This document shows positions 35,579 through 45,300 of a stretch of DNA of 64,000 nt, piece by piece. Source of the stretch: a virus (taxonomy: Duplodnaviria; Caudoviricetes). The stretch covers positions 1-64,000 of the IMG/VR virus record IMGVR_UViG_3300006204_000008, one strand, 5' to 3'. The notes under the pieces are model-generated. The model was not told where the DNA came from and made no database searches. It saw nothing but the letters and a program-made list of their open reading frames with translations. How positions within the stretch are numbered: the first letter of the stretch is position 1; the number at the start of each line of letters is the position of its first letter. Made by a program: the position numbers and the translations under genes.

Positions 35579-36928
35579 ATGGCAGGAGAAGAACACACAG
35601 TGAGGATAGAGGACAGGCTTAGGAATGTATCTGCTGTGGCGGATGTCCCTATCGTGATCCCGGGAAATACTCCGGCCCAGGCGGCAGGGCGGCAGTTTGC
35701 CTATTTTGAAGGGGAGACGGCTCTGTTTCGTGAGTTGTATGACCAGTACGCCGCCGATTATTTTGAGGCCCAAGTCCAGGGACTTGACCCGGAGGATTTT
35801 ATGGCCTGGAGCTGGCAGAAGCTCCGCTTTTCGGATATGGCGGACCTGACGCCGACGGCAACATACCTGTCGGACAATATCAAGCTGGTGCTGTTTGCCA
35901 GTGCGGCGATTCAGTATGTGCCCCGTGGGGCGAAGATCGTGACGGCGGGCTCTACCTGGTTAGTGACCAACCCGCAAAGCATTTCTGGGGTCAGTGCGGT
36001 GGCGGTGGCGGAACGCTGCGCTGCCATGTGGCACTATTTTGACTGGTACGGAAACGTCAAGGGGGAGCCGATGGTGGTGCGGGATCAGATTGCCCGGGCT
36101 TCTGCCCAAGACCCCCAGGACTGGCTTTTGATTACGAAGCAGTATTTCAACGTCAAAATGCAGTACAACGAGGCAACCGCCCAACTGAACACAAACAGCC
36201 GCATGATCCTGGGCTCGGGAGCCTACCACATTACGGGATATTCTGACTTCCTGCGGGAGTTTACGGAGGACGGAGAAAGTATCCACATGGTGGAATTCGC
36301 CCTGCGGTATGAGGAGCCCAACGATGCCATCGACGATATGGCGCGGCAGGTAGCGGGAGGAAAGAACTTCTCGTGGGAGGTGGATGTCTCCGGCCCGAAG
36401 CAGCTGCGGGTGGGAGAGAATGCGGTGTATCAGGCCGCGTCCCTGCGGTGTGGGGAGGGGGTGGAGAACAGCGAGGAGCATCCCATCACCTACCTATGGG
36501 GCAGCAGCGACAGCGAAATGGCGCAGGTGGATGAGGCAAGCGGAGAAGTGACAGCCTTTGCTGCCGGACGGGTCACCCTGACAGCTGTCTTGTCTGAGAA
36601 CCCGGAGCATAGCGGGAGCTTTGAGATTGAAATCTCAGAAGCAGCGCCGGAGGAGAAGTATGCTGTCTTTCTGGGAACGGTACCGGAAAAACTGTCAGCC
36701 TATGAAAGTATGACGCTCCGTGCTGTCTGCTGCCGGGGCGGCACTCAGCTGCCCGAGGAGCCGGTGACGTGGAACTTCACTGGGGCGCAGCTGAGTGCCT
36801 ATAGCGCGGTGGTCCATGGAAACGAGGCGCATATTTCCTGCTGGGGCGGGAGTGTGGAGCCTTTGGCCGTCACAGTGTCGTTTGGAACAGGAAAGACCAC
36901 AGCGGAAATTCAACTGGAAGGGATCTGA
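35579..36928 (+). CDS. Putative head-closure protein with C-terminal Ig-like (Big_2) domains
   Basis: RGAKI....STWLVT head-closure-like core; WGSSDSEMAQVDEASGEVTAFAAGRVTLTA Big_2 pattern. Confidence 0.6.
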   Translation: MAGEEHTVRIEDRLRNVSAVADVPIVIPGNTPAQAAGRQFAYFEGETALFRELYDQYAADYFEAQVQGLDPEDFMAWSWQKLRFSDMADLTPTATYLSDNIKLVLFASAAIQYVPRGAKIVTAGSTWLVTNPQSISGVSAVAVAERCAAMWHYFDWYGNVKGEPMVVRDQIARASAQDPQDWLLITKQYFNVKMQYNEATAQLNTNSRMILGSGAYHITGYSDFLREFTEDGESIHMVEFALRYEEPNDAIDDMARQVAGGKNFSWEVDVSGPKQLRVGENAVYQAASLRCGEGVENSEEHPITYLWGSSDSEMAQVDEASGEVTAFAAGRVTLTAVLSENPEHSGSFEIEISEAAPEEKYAVFLGTVPEKLSAYESMTLRAVCCRGGTQLPEEPVTWNFTGAQLSAYSAVVHGNEAHISCWGGSVEPLAVTVSFGTGKTTAEIQLEGI

Positions 36929-36932
36929 ATAC

Positions 36933-37109
36933 ATGGCTTCTGAGAACTGCCCCCACGCAGTGAGAAAGCGGGGGGATGTGAGCATCCATTGCAAAAAGCT
37001 GGAGGGAGAGCGGTATACCCAGTGCGCCCACCAGTATTTCTGCGGCCAGACCAAGCGTTGGGAGGCATCACCCAATGCGGCGGACTGCCCGCTGCGGGTC
37101 CGAAAGTAA
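36933..37109 (+). CDS. Small Cys/His-rich protein
   Basis: CPHA...HC...CAHQYFC...CPL. Confidence 0.55.
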   Translation: MASENCPHAVRKRGDVSIHCKKLEGERYTQCAHQYFCGQTKRWEASPNAADCPLRVRK

Positions 37110-37146
37110 AAGCGTACCAAGACAAGCGAAGAGAAGGAGGAAGGGT

Positions 37147-37785
37147 ATGCAGATTTATCGGTTGAACGAAGAGAAAGCGGCGAAGCTGCGGGCCTATATG
37201 CCAGTGATGGAGAAGGCAGCGTTCGTGGAGCAGGCGGCCAGTCGCTGCTTTGATCGGTTGGAGGTGGGCTATCACGGGAACGGGATGGACCTGCCCCTGG
37301 CCCCCATGTACAAGGAAAATCCTCAGCTTCCGGCCCGATACCTGATGGGCGTTTTGGTGAAGTTCTACCTGGGCGAGAGTTTCGAGGGTGTAGAGGAGGA
37401 TCCAGAGCTGATGAGTGCAGACGATTACGACCGCTGGGCTCGGGCTGACCCCTTGGGACAGCTCATCCAGTGGAAGAGCAAGGATCCGGGGGCGCGGGAG
37501 ACGGCGGCGTTCCTGCTGCGGGACTATCACGATTTGGAGAAACGGTTTTACCGGGAGATCGCGGGCCTGCTGCAGGTGATGAACGATCCCCTGGGGCGGC
37601 TGTTCTATGTGCTGGAATCCTACAGCCAGACCGGGCCGAACGCCTGGGAAAAAGGCGTGGAGGACTTGAAGAAGGTCCGGGATGAGCTGGAAGCCTACCA
37701 TAAAGGGAAAGAAAAGGCGCGTGAGAAGGGGGAAGGCTGCGCTCAGGAGACGGAGGAAGGAGCGCGGAGCGATGGCGGCGTGTGA
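37147..37785 (+). CDS. Hypothetical morphogenesis protein
   Basis: ORF with SD in the structural operon. Confidence 0.55.
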   Translation: MQIYRLNEEKAAKLRAYMPVMEKAAFVEQAASRCFDRLEVGYHGNGMDLPLAPMYKENPQLPARYLMGVLVKFYLGESFEGVEEDPELMSADDYDRWARADPLGQLIQWKSKDPGARETAAFLLRDYHDLEKRFYREIAGLLQVMNDPLGRLFYVLESYSQTGPNAWEKGVEDLKKVRDELEAYHKGKEKAREKGEGCAQETEEGARSDGGV

Positions 37786-38476
37786 GGTGGGGTTTGAAAG
37801 CCCCTATTACCCCTATGAGAAGGTGCAAACGGGCTTCAACACCCTGCGCGGGGCCGAAGAAATTCCCGCCAAGATTCTTCGATATCTGCTTGACCTGCCG
37901 GACTGGAAAGGGTATCAGCCTGTAGATGATAACAGCAGGCCAAGGGTGAGGTTGGCAAAGTATGTGTACTATGACGATGCAAACCCTTTGTCTTATCCGC
38001 TGCCGTCACCCCAGCAGAAGCTGAGCCTGTTGTATGATGGGGACCAGCCTGTAGTGAACACAGACGAGGAGAAGGTGCGTCACCCCAAGGGTTACCGGCT
38101 GTATCCCCAGATGTATTGGGGGCAAAGTCAGCTGGAGGCCCAGACTACAGTGAAATGCTACATTGGTCGTGTGCTTCCTGTGAGCGAGATGAGGACAAGC
38201 ATCGGCCTGAGTTTTGTGATCTTATGCAATACCAGCCAGGAGAACAACACGAGAACGGACGCCTACTCCCGGGCGTATGACATTGAGCAGTGTATCATTG
38301 AGGCGCTGCACGGTGTGAATCTGTCAGGTATCGGCGTGGTGGAGTTCTCCCGGCCCAGCCACTTTGACAACGGGAGTGAAGCCATTGCCGACCAGGGAAC
38401 CAACGTAGGCCGGGAGCTTCACATGAGCATCAGCTGGATGGAGAGCGGAGGAAGCGAAGATGGAACTCTCGGCTAA
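37772..38476 (+). CDS. Putative tail terminator/completion protein
   Basis: Position upstream of the tail tube gene; overlapping neighbours. Confidence 0.45.
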   Translation: MAACEVGFESPYYPYEKVQTGFNTLRGAEEIPAKILRYLLDLPDWKGYQPVDDNSRPRVRLAKYVYYDDANPLSYPLPSPQQKLSLLYDGDQPVVNTDEEKVRHPKGYRLYPQMYWGQSQLEAQTTVKCYIGRVLPVSEMRTSIGLSFVILCNTSQENNTRTDAYSRAYDIEQCIIEALHGVNLSGIGVVEFSRPSHFDNGSEAIADQGTNVGRELHMSISWMESGGSEDGTLG

Positions 38477-39332
38477 GACGGCGCGGGCCATCCGCGTTTA
38501 CGAGCCTGTGAAAACGGAGGGCTTGACCCTGTACCCGATTTTGATGCAGGAGTATGAGAGTTTTCTGCAGGGGAAGTCGGCGATCTCTTTTCTGGCGCGG
38601 TCGCTGCCCCTGGAATATCTGTCCCAGCCGCTTCTCTCGGCCTTTTACCGGATGGATATGACGGCGCTGAGGCAGGGAGAGGAACCATCGGGGATGTTTT
38701 ACCGAAGTCTGCTCTTCCTGGCTCTGTCTCTGCGCTTGGGAGAGGGGAAGAGCGAGGAGGAGCGTGTGAAGCTGTTCCGCGTGGCAGCGGAGCGGGAGCA
38801 ACCAGATAAACTTCTGGCCGTGGAGGCGGAGACCGGAGAGGGAGAAAAGATTCGGATCACGCCGGTGATGTTCCAGCGCCTGCGGCCCATCCTGGCGGCG
38901 CAGAATGGGATCGAACTGCTCAGCGACGACACAAACCCTGACCTGCTGGAAGCAGAACGGGACATTGCCCAGCAGCGGGGGCCGAAGCTGGATTATAGGA
39001 TGGATAGCCTCATAAGCACGGTAGCGGCCCTGAGCGGAAGCGAAGAAAGGGATCTGGAGGACTGGCCCATTCTAAAGTTTCAGAGGAGACAGGAGGCATT
39101 GGAACGGGTACTGAACTTCCTGATCTGCGGCGTGGGAGAGACCCAGGGGACGAAGTGGAAGAAAGGGAATCCATATCCCAGCCCGTTCTTTGACCGGGTA
39201 CAGGAGGACAGCGCGGCGCTTGTCTCGCTGGAATCCTACGCAGGGGGCGCGGGGCTGGAAGCCGTACGCAACGCAGGAAACAGCGTGGCTCCGGCTGCGC
39301 CCATCCTGGAATTTCCGATGATTGGAAAATAG
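38460..39332 (+). CDS. Hypothetical tail-module protein (possible assembly chaperone)
   Basis: 290-aa ORF adjacent to the tail tube gene. Confidence 0.45.
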   Translation: MELSAKTARAIRVYEPVKTEGLTLYPILMQEYESFLQGKSAISFLARSLPLEYLSQPLLSAFYRMDMTALRQGEEPSGMFYRSLLFLALSLRLGEGKSEEERVKLFRVAAEREQPDKLLAVEAETGEGEKIRITPVMFQRLRPILAAQNGIELLSDDTNPDLLEAERDIAQQRGPKLDYRMDSLISTVAALSGSEERDLEDWPILKFQRRQEALERVLNFLICGVGETQGTKWKKGNPYPSPFFDRVQEDSAALVSLESYAGGAGLEAVRNAGNSVAPAAPILEFPMIGK

Positions 39333-39348
39333 AAAGGAGTAAACACGC

Positions 39349-40488
39349 ATGATTAGTTTTACTGACCCGAGATTGTATGTAAAGGGCACCTGTGCGGCTA
39401 TGCTGCTGGACAAAAGTACGGGGGATGTGAAGTATTGGTCCGACAAGTTTCAGACCGGCAACATCACCACATCCCTGACCGAGGGCGAGATCCGTGCGGG
39501 TCTTGGCAACGGAATCGCAGCGATCATCCCTTCGGATTCTGACCTCCAGGTAGAATTCACTGCCGCGAACTTCTCTCTGTGGGCGAAGATGGCCCAGGTG
39601 GGCGGTACACTGAACTACAATGCCCCGGTCATGACTTGCCAGGTAATCGAAGCAACTGCCGCTTCCTTGTCCCTGGATGTGACCCAGGGCGCTCCCATCG
39701 CACCGCTGGGCATGAGTCAGGCGGCAGTGTATGTGCAGGAAGTGGGGACCACCGCGCCGGTGGGGGTGTATGGCAAAGCCTATGCGGTAGACCCGTCCAC
39801 AGGCGTGATTGCCGATTTTACCGCTACGGTGGGCAAGAAGTACAAGGTGTTTTACACCAAAAACTTTGCCACGGCTCAGGTGGGTACCATATCCAGCTTC
39901 TTTGACCCAGGCGTTTATTACTTCCTGGCACAGATGGCGGTTTATGCCAACAAAACTGCTGGGGAGAAGAACAGCGGGACCCGTGTGGGCTGGCTGTATA
40001 ACATCGTCCCGAGTTTGAAGCTGGGCGGCAACGCCGGTGTGGTAGGAGATCAGACCAACAATGACACCACCAGCATCTCTGGCCGCGCGGTGATCTCTGA
40101 CGAGGATGTGGTCTCGGAGCTGTGCGGGACCTGCAACGGCGGCGGCAACGTATATGCCTACTACGTCTATGTCCCAGATGACGGTGCGGAAGCTATTTCC
40201 GGCCTGGCCGTCGTGGGCGGCACAGTGAACGTGGAGGTAGGCAAGACCGCACAGATTCCCGTCCGCTTTGTGATGGCCAACGGGGAACTGGTGATCCCCG
40301 CCTCCTATGGTGATGGGTTTACTTATGAAGCTACGGGTGCGCCGGAGGGTACTACGGTGTCCAATGAAGGTTTGATTACCGCTGGGACTACGGCAGGTGA
40401 CTTCGACGTGAAGATCATCTATGACAACGGAGGAAAGGACATGGAAGCCTCTGTTACCGCGAGTGTGGTAGCGGCGCCGGAGCCTTGA
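39349..40488 (+). CDS. Major tail tube protein with a C-terminal Ig-like domain
   Basis: Beta-rich 379-aa protein; C-terminal VNVEVGKTAQIP...VSNEGLITAG Ig-like segment; followed by a terminator. Confidence 0.7.
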   Translation: MISFTDPRLYVKGTCAAMLLDKSTGDVKYWSDKFQTGNITTSLTEGEIRAGLGNGIAAIIPSDSDLQVEFTAANFSLWAKMAQVGGTLNYNAPVMTCQVIEATAASLSLDVTQGAPIAPLGMSQAAVYVQEVGTTAPVGVYGKAYAVDPSTGVIADFTATVGKKYKVFYTKNFATAQVGTISSFFDPGVYYFLAQMAVYANKTAGEKNSGTRVGWLYNIVPSLKLGGNAGVVGDQTNNDTTSISGRAVISDEDVVSELCGTCNGGGNVYAYYVYVPDDGAEAISGLAVVGGTVNVEVGKTAQIPVRFVMANGELVIPASYGDGFTYEATGAPEGTTVSNEGLITAGTTAGDFDVKIIYDNGGKDMEASVTASVVAAPEP

Positions 40489-40506
40489 TGATAGAGGGAT
40501 AAATAC

Positions 40507-40538
40507 TACAGGGCTCCTCGGTTTTGAGGAGCCCTGTA
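40507..40538. terminator. Intrinsic terminator
   Basis: Perfect 13-bp stem TACAGGGCTCCTC / GAGGAGCCCTGTA. Confidence 0.7.
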
Positions 40539-40765
40539 AAAGAAATAGCCCCCCAAAAAGCAGAGGGCTATCGCTTGGTTCGAGCCTGCACTTAATACCC
40601 CGCACGCAGGCACGCGGCCGTCGAAAGCGAGTTGCACACTTATAAACCGCTGGCAACACGCGGCAACATTGGGTAGAGCTAAGCAGAGCTTAGTTTCCCT
40701 TTTATATTATAAGAATTCCGGTGAGAAATCCACCATCAGCTTATACGAAAAAGGAGGAACCGACT

Positions 40766-40816
40766 GTGGCGAAATACACAATTACCAATAAATGGATACG
40801 GGGGGGGGCATTCTGA
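40766..40816 (+). CDS. Poly-G leader peptide 3 (GTG start, MAKYTITNKWIRGGAF*), G9 at 40800-40808
   Basis: AAGGAGG SD; with 8 or 11 G it would end at TGA 40854-40856, overlapping ATG 40856. Confidence 0.75.
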   Translation: MAKYTITNKWIRGGAF

Positions 40817-40855
40817 CCTCCTGACTAGCAGAATGCCCAAAAGGGGGTGCGTCTG

Positions 40856-41371
40856 ATGGCATATGTTGCCCCCAACTGGAAGAATGGCGCGGCCCCCGCG
40901 CTGGATGCCGCTGCGTTGCAAGCAATCAGTGATGCCATTGTGGAGTTGCAAAACAAGAACACATCCCAGGATTCACTGATATCCTCCCTGCAGTCAGCGG
41001 TCAATGGAAAAGCAAGAGTGGCGTTTGGGACATATAGAGGGACGGGAGCGTTTGGAAGTACACATAGAAACCGTATAACATTGGGGTTTGCACCGTTTCT
41101 TTTTATGTGTACGGGTACCTATTGTTATAGCCCCATGAAATATTTTACTGTCGGATTTGGATGCGCGGCTGGGTATGTGACCCCTTCATTCGTTTGGTTA
41201 AGGGGGCCAAACACTATTTTGACGAGCGACGTTAATTCTACGAGTCAGCTTGAACACTATAGTATATACCCAACATGGGGGGATACCTTTATGGAGTGGT
41301 ATAGTGAAAGCAACGCAGAATGCCAACTAAACGCTTTATATACATACTACAATTATCTTGCTTTAGGGTAA
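40856..41371 (+). CDS. Cassette 3 putative receptor-binding protein
   Basis: Shared N-terminus; GTYRGTG...WY...QLN...YNYLALG head domain. Confidence 0.65.
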   Translation: MAYVAPNWKNGAAPALDAAALQAISDAIVELQNKNTSQDSLISSLQSAVNGKARVAFGTYRGTGAFGSTHRNRITLGFAPFLFMCTGTYCYSPMKYFTVGFGCAAGYVTPSFVWLRGPNTILTSDVNSTSQLEHYSIYPTWGDTFMEWYSESNAECQLNALYTYYNYLALG

Positions 41372-41492
41372 ACAAAACGTGAAGTCTTTGCAGTTACGAA
41401 AAAGAATCACCCTTCCGCCGAAGCGAAATCCTGAGCGGGATTCCACAGAAAGCCTTTTTGTGCTATAATCTTTGTGAAGGGAGGCGAAACCT

Positions 41493-41804
41493 GTGCAGAG
41501 ATGGAAAAACCGGTGGCTTCGCCGCAATGCTGGGGCACGTGCGGCGCTGCGGACACGGCCCGCTTCGGCGGATGGAACAAGGCGGTGCAGCGACTGCGCA
41601 AATTTCCTCTGCTGCCCGAAGGGGAGCAGGGCCGGAAATCATGTAGACTGCTTTGTGCCCTACACTATGCTGCGGGATCAGGAACGGCGCAGGGAAGAGC
41701 ACAAGGAAGTGGATCAGTTTGCAGCTGTGATGGGGGGCATTCTTGCCATCTCCTGTGTTGTTCTGGTTTTGATTTTCGTCATCCCGTATGTCCTTGGTAT
41801 TTGA
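41493..41804 (+). CDS. Small Cys-containing protein with a C-terminal transmembrane helix
   Basis: GGGAGG SD, extended -10 TGCTATAAT upstream, CSDC/CC motifs, hydrophobic tail. Confidence 0.45.
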   Translation: MQRWKNRWLRRNAGARAALRTRPASADGTRRCSDCANFLCCPKGSRAGNHVDCFVPYTMLRDQERRREEHKEVDQFAAVMGGILAISCVVLVLIFVIPYVLGI

Positions 41805-41931
41805 TAGAATACGGACAAAAAAACATACTTTTGAAAGATTCCCTCGCCGCAAGCAGGCGGCGGGAAGAGCCAGAAGGGCTGAACAAACCTCTCGGAAGAA
41901 ACCGGGAGGGGCGTTCAGCCCTTCTTTTTTT
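41801..41931 (+). promoter_or_regulatory. Late-operon leader 2: promoter, conserved motif, intrinsic terminator
   Basis: TTGATA(41801)-17-CATACT(41824); CCTCGCCGCAAGCAGGCGGCGGGAAGAGCCA at 41842-41872; GAAGGGCTGAAC...GTTCAGCCCTTC plus T run. Confidence 0.75.
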
Positions 41932-41953
41932 ATTCGGGAAGGGAGGAAAGAAA

Positions 41954-42379
41954 GTGGGAGAGAGCGCAAATGTCGCGGCATTTATTGCCAAGCTGGACAC
42001 AGCGATTGACGAAGTGATGCAGACAACAGTGGCGGACGGCGCGAAGGAAGCTCTTCAGAGGGCCGCACAGTCAGAAGTGTATTCGTATTCCCCGCTATTC
42101 TACAGCCGCAGAGGGACAGCAGGGGGCATCGCAGACAAGAGGAATATGGAAACGGAGTACGGCGGTTTTACGTTGACCATCCAGGACGTGGCCTCCTGGC
42201 AGCAGATTTACGGCGGGAGCGCCCCGGGGGAACGGTTAGCGGAGGCCCTTGCATCTGGGTCAGCCCGGTATCACTTTCATCGGGCGGGGCCGAGGCCCTT
42301 CCATGAAAAGGCGGAGAAGGAGTACGGCGCACTGTTTGCCGCTGATTTGATTGGTGGGCTTCGGGCCAAAGGTTTTTGA
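41954..42379 (+). CDS. HK97-gp10-like tail completion protein
   Basis: Helical N-terminus, SEVYSYSP...RRG motif, C-terminal PRPF; GGGAGG SD. Confidence 0.55.
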   Translation: MGESANVAAFIAKLDTAIDEVMQTTVADGAKEALQRAAQSEVYSYSPLFYSRRGTAGGIADKRNMETEYGGFTLTIQDVASWQQIYGGSAPGERLAEALASGSARYHFHRAGPRPFHEKAEKEYGALFAADLIGGLRAKGF

Positions 42380-42397
42380 GGAAGGATGGGATAGAGC

Positions 42398-45300
42398 ATG
42401 GCAGAGATCGTCACGTTAAAAGTTAATGTTGACCGGGGACAGCTGACCGCCCTCCAGGCGGACTTGGCGAAACTACAGTCTAAGACGGTGGACATTAAGG
42501 TAAACGCCTCCGGGTTTGCGGCATTGGACAAGAACATCGTCAAGAACATCAACAGCGTATCCCGCTTTGTCAATGCCGCCTCCCGACTGGAAAAGACCCA
42601 GGCCCAAGTGCGGATTGCCCAGGAGCGGACGGCGCAGGCAACTCAGCGGAGGATGACGGCGGAGAGCCAGCTTGCCGCACAGCAGGCGCGGCTTGCAACG
42701 CAAAACGCCAGGACGGCAACGGAGGAAGCACGGCTTGCCACCCAGACCCAGAAAACCGCCACGGAGGAAGCCAAGGCAGCGACCCAGGCCCAGAGAGTGG
42801 CCCAGGAGCGGGCCAAACTGGCTACCCAGACCCAGCGGACCGCGACGGAAGAGGCGCGGCTTGCCACCCAGCAGGAACGCACACGGACCGCCCAGGCCCG
42901 GGCGTCGGCGTCCCAGCAGAGGATGATCCGCTCTACTAACGAAGCGACCCAGGCCAACAATAACCTCATTACCAGCCTTGCCAGCAGCGCAAAGGGAATG
43001 GCACAGTCGATGCTGACGGCGGCGCTGATTTATAAGCCTGTCCAGTCGTTCAAGGAAGCTCTGGAAACCATGAAGGCTGTGGATGCCGAGCTGGTCAACG
43101 TGGGCAAGGTGACCAAGTGGCCGGAGGAACGGTTGAAGGCCATGGGAGAGCAGGCATACAAGACTGCTTCTGAATATGGCGTGGCGGCGAATGAGTATTT
43201 GTCGAGCGTAACGGAGTTTACTCGGGCAGGCTATCTGGGACAGAGCGAGGCGTTGGCAGAGCTGGCGAACAAGACGCAGATCGTGGGTGACACCACGGCA
43301 GATGTGGCCAACCAGTTTTTGCTGGCGGTGGACAAGGGCTACCAGATGGGCGGTTCTGTTGAGAAGCTGAGCGCGGTGCTGGACGGGGCCAACGAGATTG
43401 GCAACAACTTTGCAACTAGCATCCCGAAAATTGCCGAGGGCCTTGGTAAGGTGGCGCCCATCGGCGCACAGGCCAAGGTGGGCATTGACGAACTGTCTGC
43501 CGCCATCGGCACGGTCACAGCCGTCACGCAGAGAAGCGGTACTGAGGCCGCGACGGCCCTTCGCGCCCTGTTCTTGAACATCATGGGCGACACTAAGACG
43601 GAGATTGACGAGGGCGTGACCTGGACCACAGGTGAAATCGCGGGTTTGCGGGACGTGCTGAATATCTATGCCTCCGACGTAGTGGCGGCGGCGGATGCTA
43701 CGGGCAGCCTCATCAATCCCATGGAAGCCATCGGGGCGCTGTCGCAGTCGATGAAGGACGGCGTTCTGACGGAACAGAAGCTGATGGAAATGGTTTCCGA
43801 CATCGGCGGCAAACTCCGTACCTCTCAGCTGCTGGCCTTGATCCAGAACTGGGATATGTACGAGGCGATGCTGGATAAGTACGAAAACGCCGCCGGGTCT
43901 GCCGACCGGGAAGTGGAACGGGCCATGGATTCCTGGGGGAGAAAGACCGAGGTTCTGAAGAACACCTGGACACAGTTTGTTTCCCATATCGTAGAGACAG
44001 ACACCATCAAAGGGACCATTACCGGGGTCACTGACGTCATTTCCGGGTTGGACACCCAATTTGGCCATGTAGCACTGAGCGTGGGGACATGGACTCTGGG
44101 GATTATGGGCGCGGCAAAGGCCGTGAATGCGCTCGGAACGGCCTTTGCTTCCTCAAAACTCATGTCGGGGATCAACTACCTGAGAAGCATGAATGCCCTG
44201 GGCGGCGCACAGGGCGTGATGAAAGGGCTTGGATTCCTGATAAAAACTAACCCGGTGATTGCCGGGGGTCTTGCCTTTGCGGGCCTGTATACTTTAGTCA
44301 AAGAGCTTCGGGAAGTCGCTCCGACCGTGGAACACGCCAGAGACGAGATAGAAAAACTGCAAGCGCAGCTAGAAGAGGGTTTTGGTGGTGGCAGTGAGTA
44401 CGAGGACCTTCTCTCCCGGGCGGATAGTCTGACAGCGGCCGAGCAGCAGCGGCTTACCATTTTGAAAGCGCAGAAGCAGGCGTTGGAAGGGCAGATCGAG
44501 GACACCAAAGAGTTGGAATTTGCCCGTTTCCAGAATAACCTTGGCATTGGGAACGAGCGTCAGGAAATGTCCGGGAAAACCATAGACGAAACCCGGCTTG
44601 ACAAGATGAGAAAGACGCAGGAGAGCTTGACAGAGGCTTTCCAAGCGGGTGAGATCGGTGCGACGGAGTTCAAGAAGGGTCTGACAGATCTGATTTCGGA
44701 GAGTGAGGAGTATTACAACGCCCTTGTGAAGTATAAGGACGCGGGATACGACCTGACCCAAGCTCAAAAAGCCACGATTGAGCGGTATGAATCTATCGCG
44801 CAGCTGCTGGGCACAGCAGAAAATGGGTATCTGTCGGCGGCAGTGGCCTTGGAGCGGTTTGACGCCGCAGCGGAGGTAGGGGGGAAGACCCTGCTCAATG
44901 GAGATGCTTTGAAAAAGTCCCTGGAAGAAGCAGGGGCAACGGCGGAGCAGATCGAATCCATCCTGGCGAACATCGGCGAGGATGAGAACACCATCCTGAT
45001 TGACATTGAAGCTGACCCGAAAGCCGCCTTGGATGCTTTGAAGGAAGTGGGCATTGCAGCGGAGAACGCCGACGGGACGATTGAGATCGACTATTCCGCG
45101 TTCAGCGGACTCATGAGCCAGCTGGGCTACACAAATGAAGAGGCTTCTTCCCTGACGCAGAATCTGAGAGAGCTGGGAAATGTCACATTCACGAATCTTC
45201 CCGGACAGATGGATGCGACCGGAGCGAAAATCGAAAGCGTTTCAGAGCGGACGCAGAATGCGAAGAGACAGCTGGACGCACTGGGCAGGACGAAGGCCCA

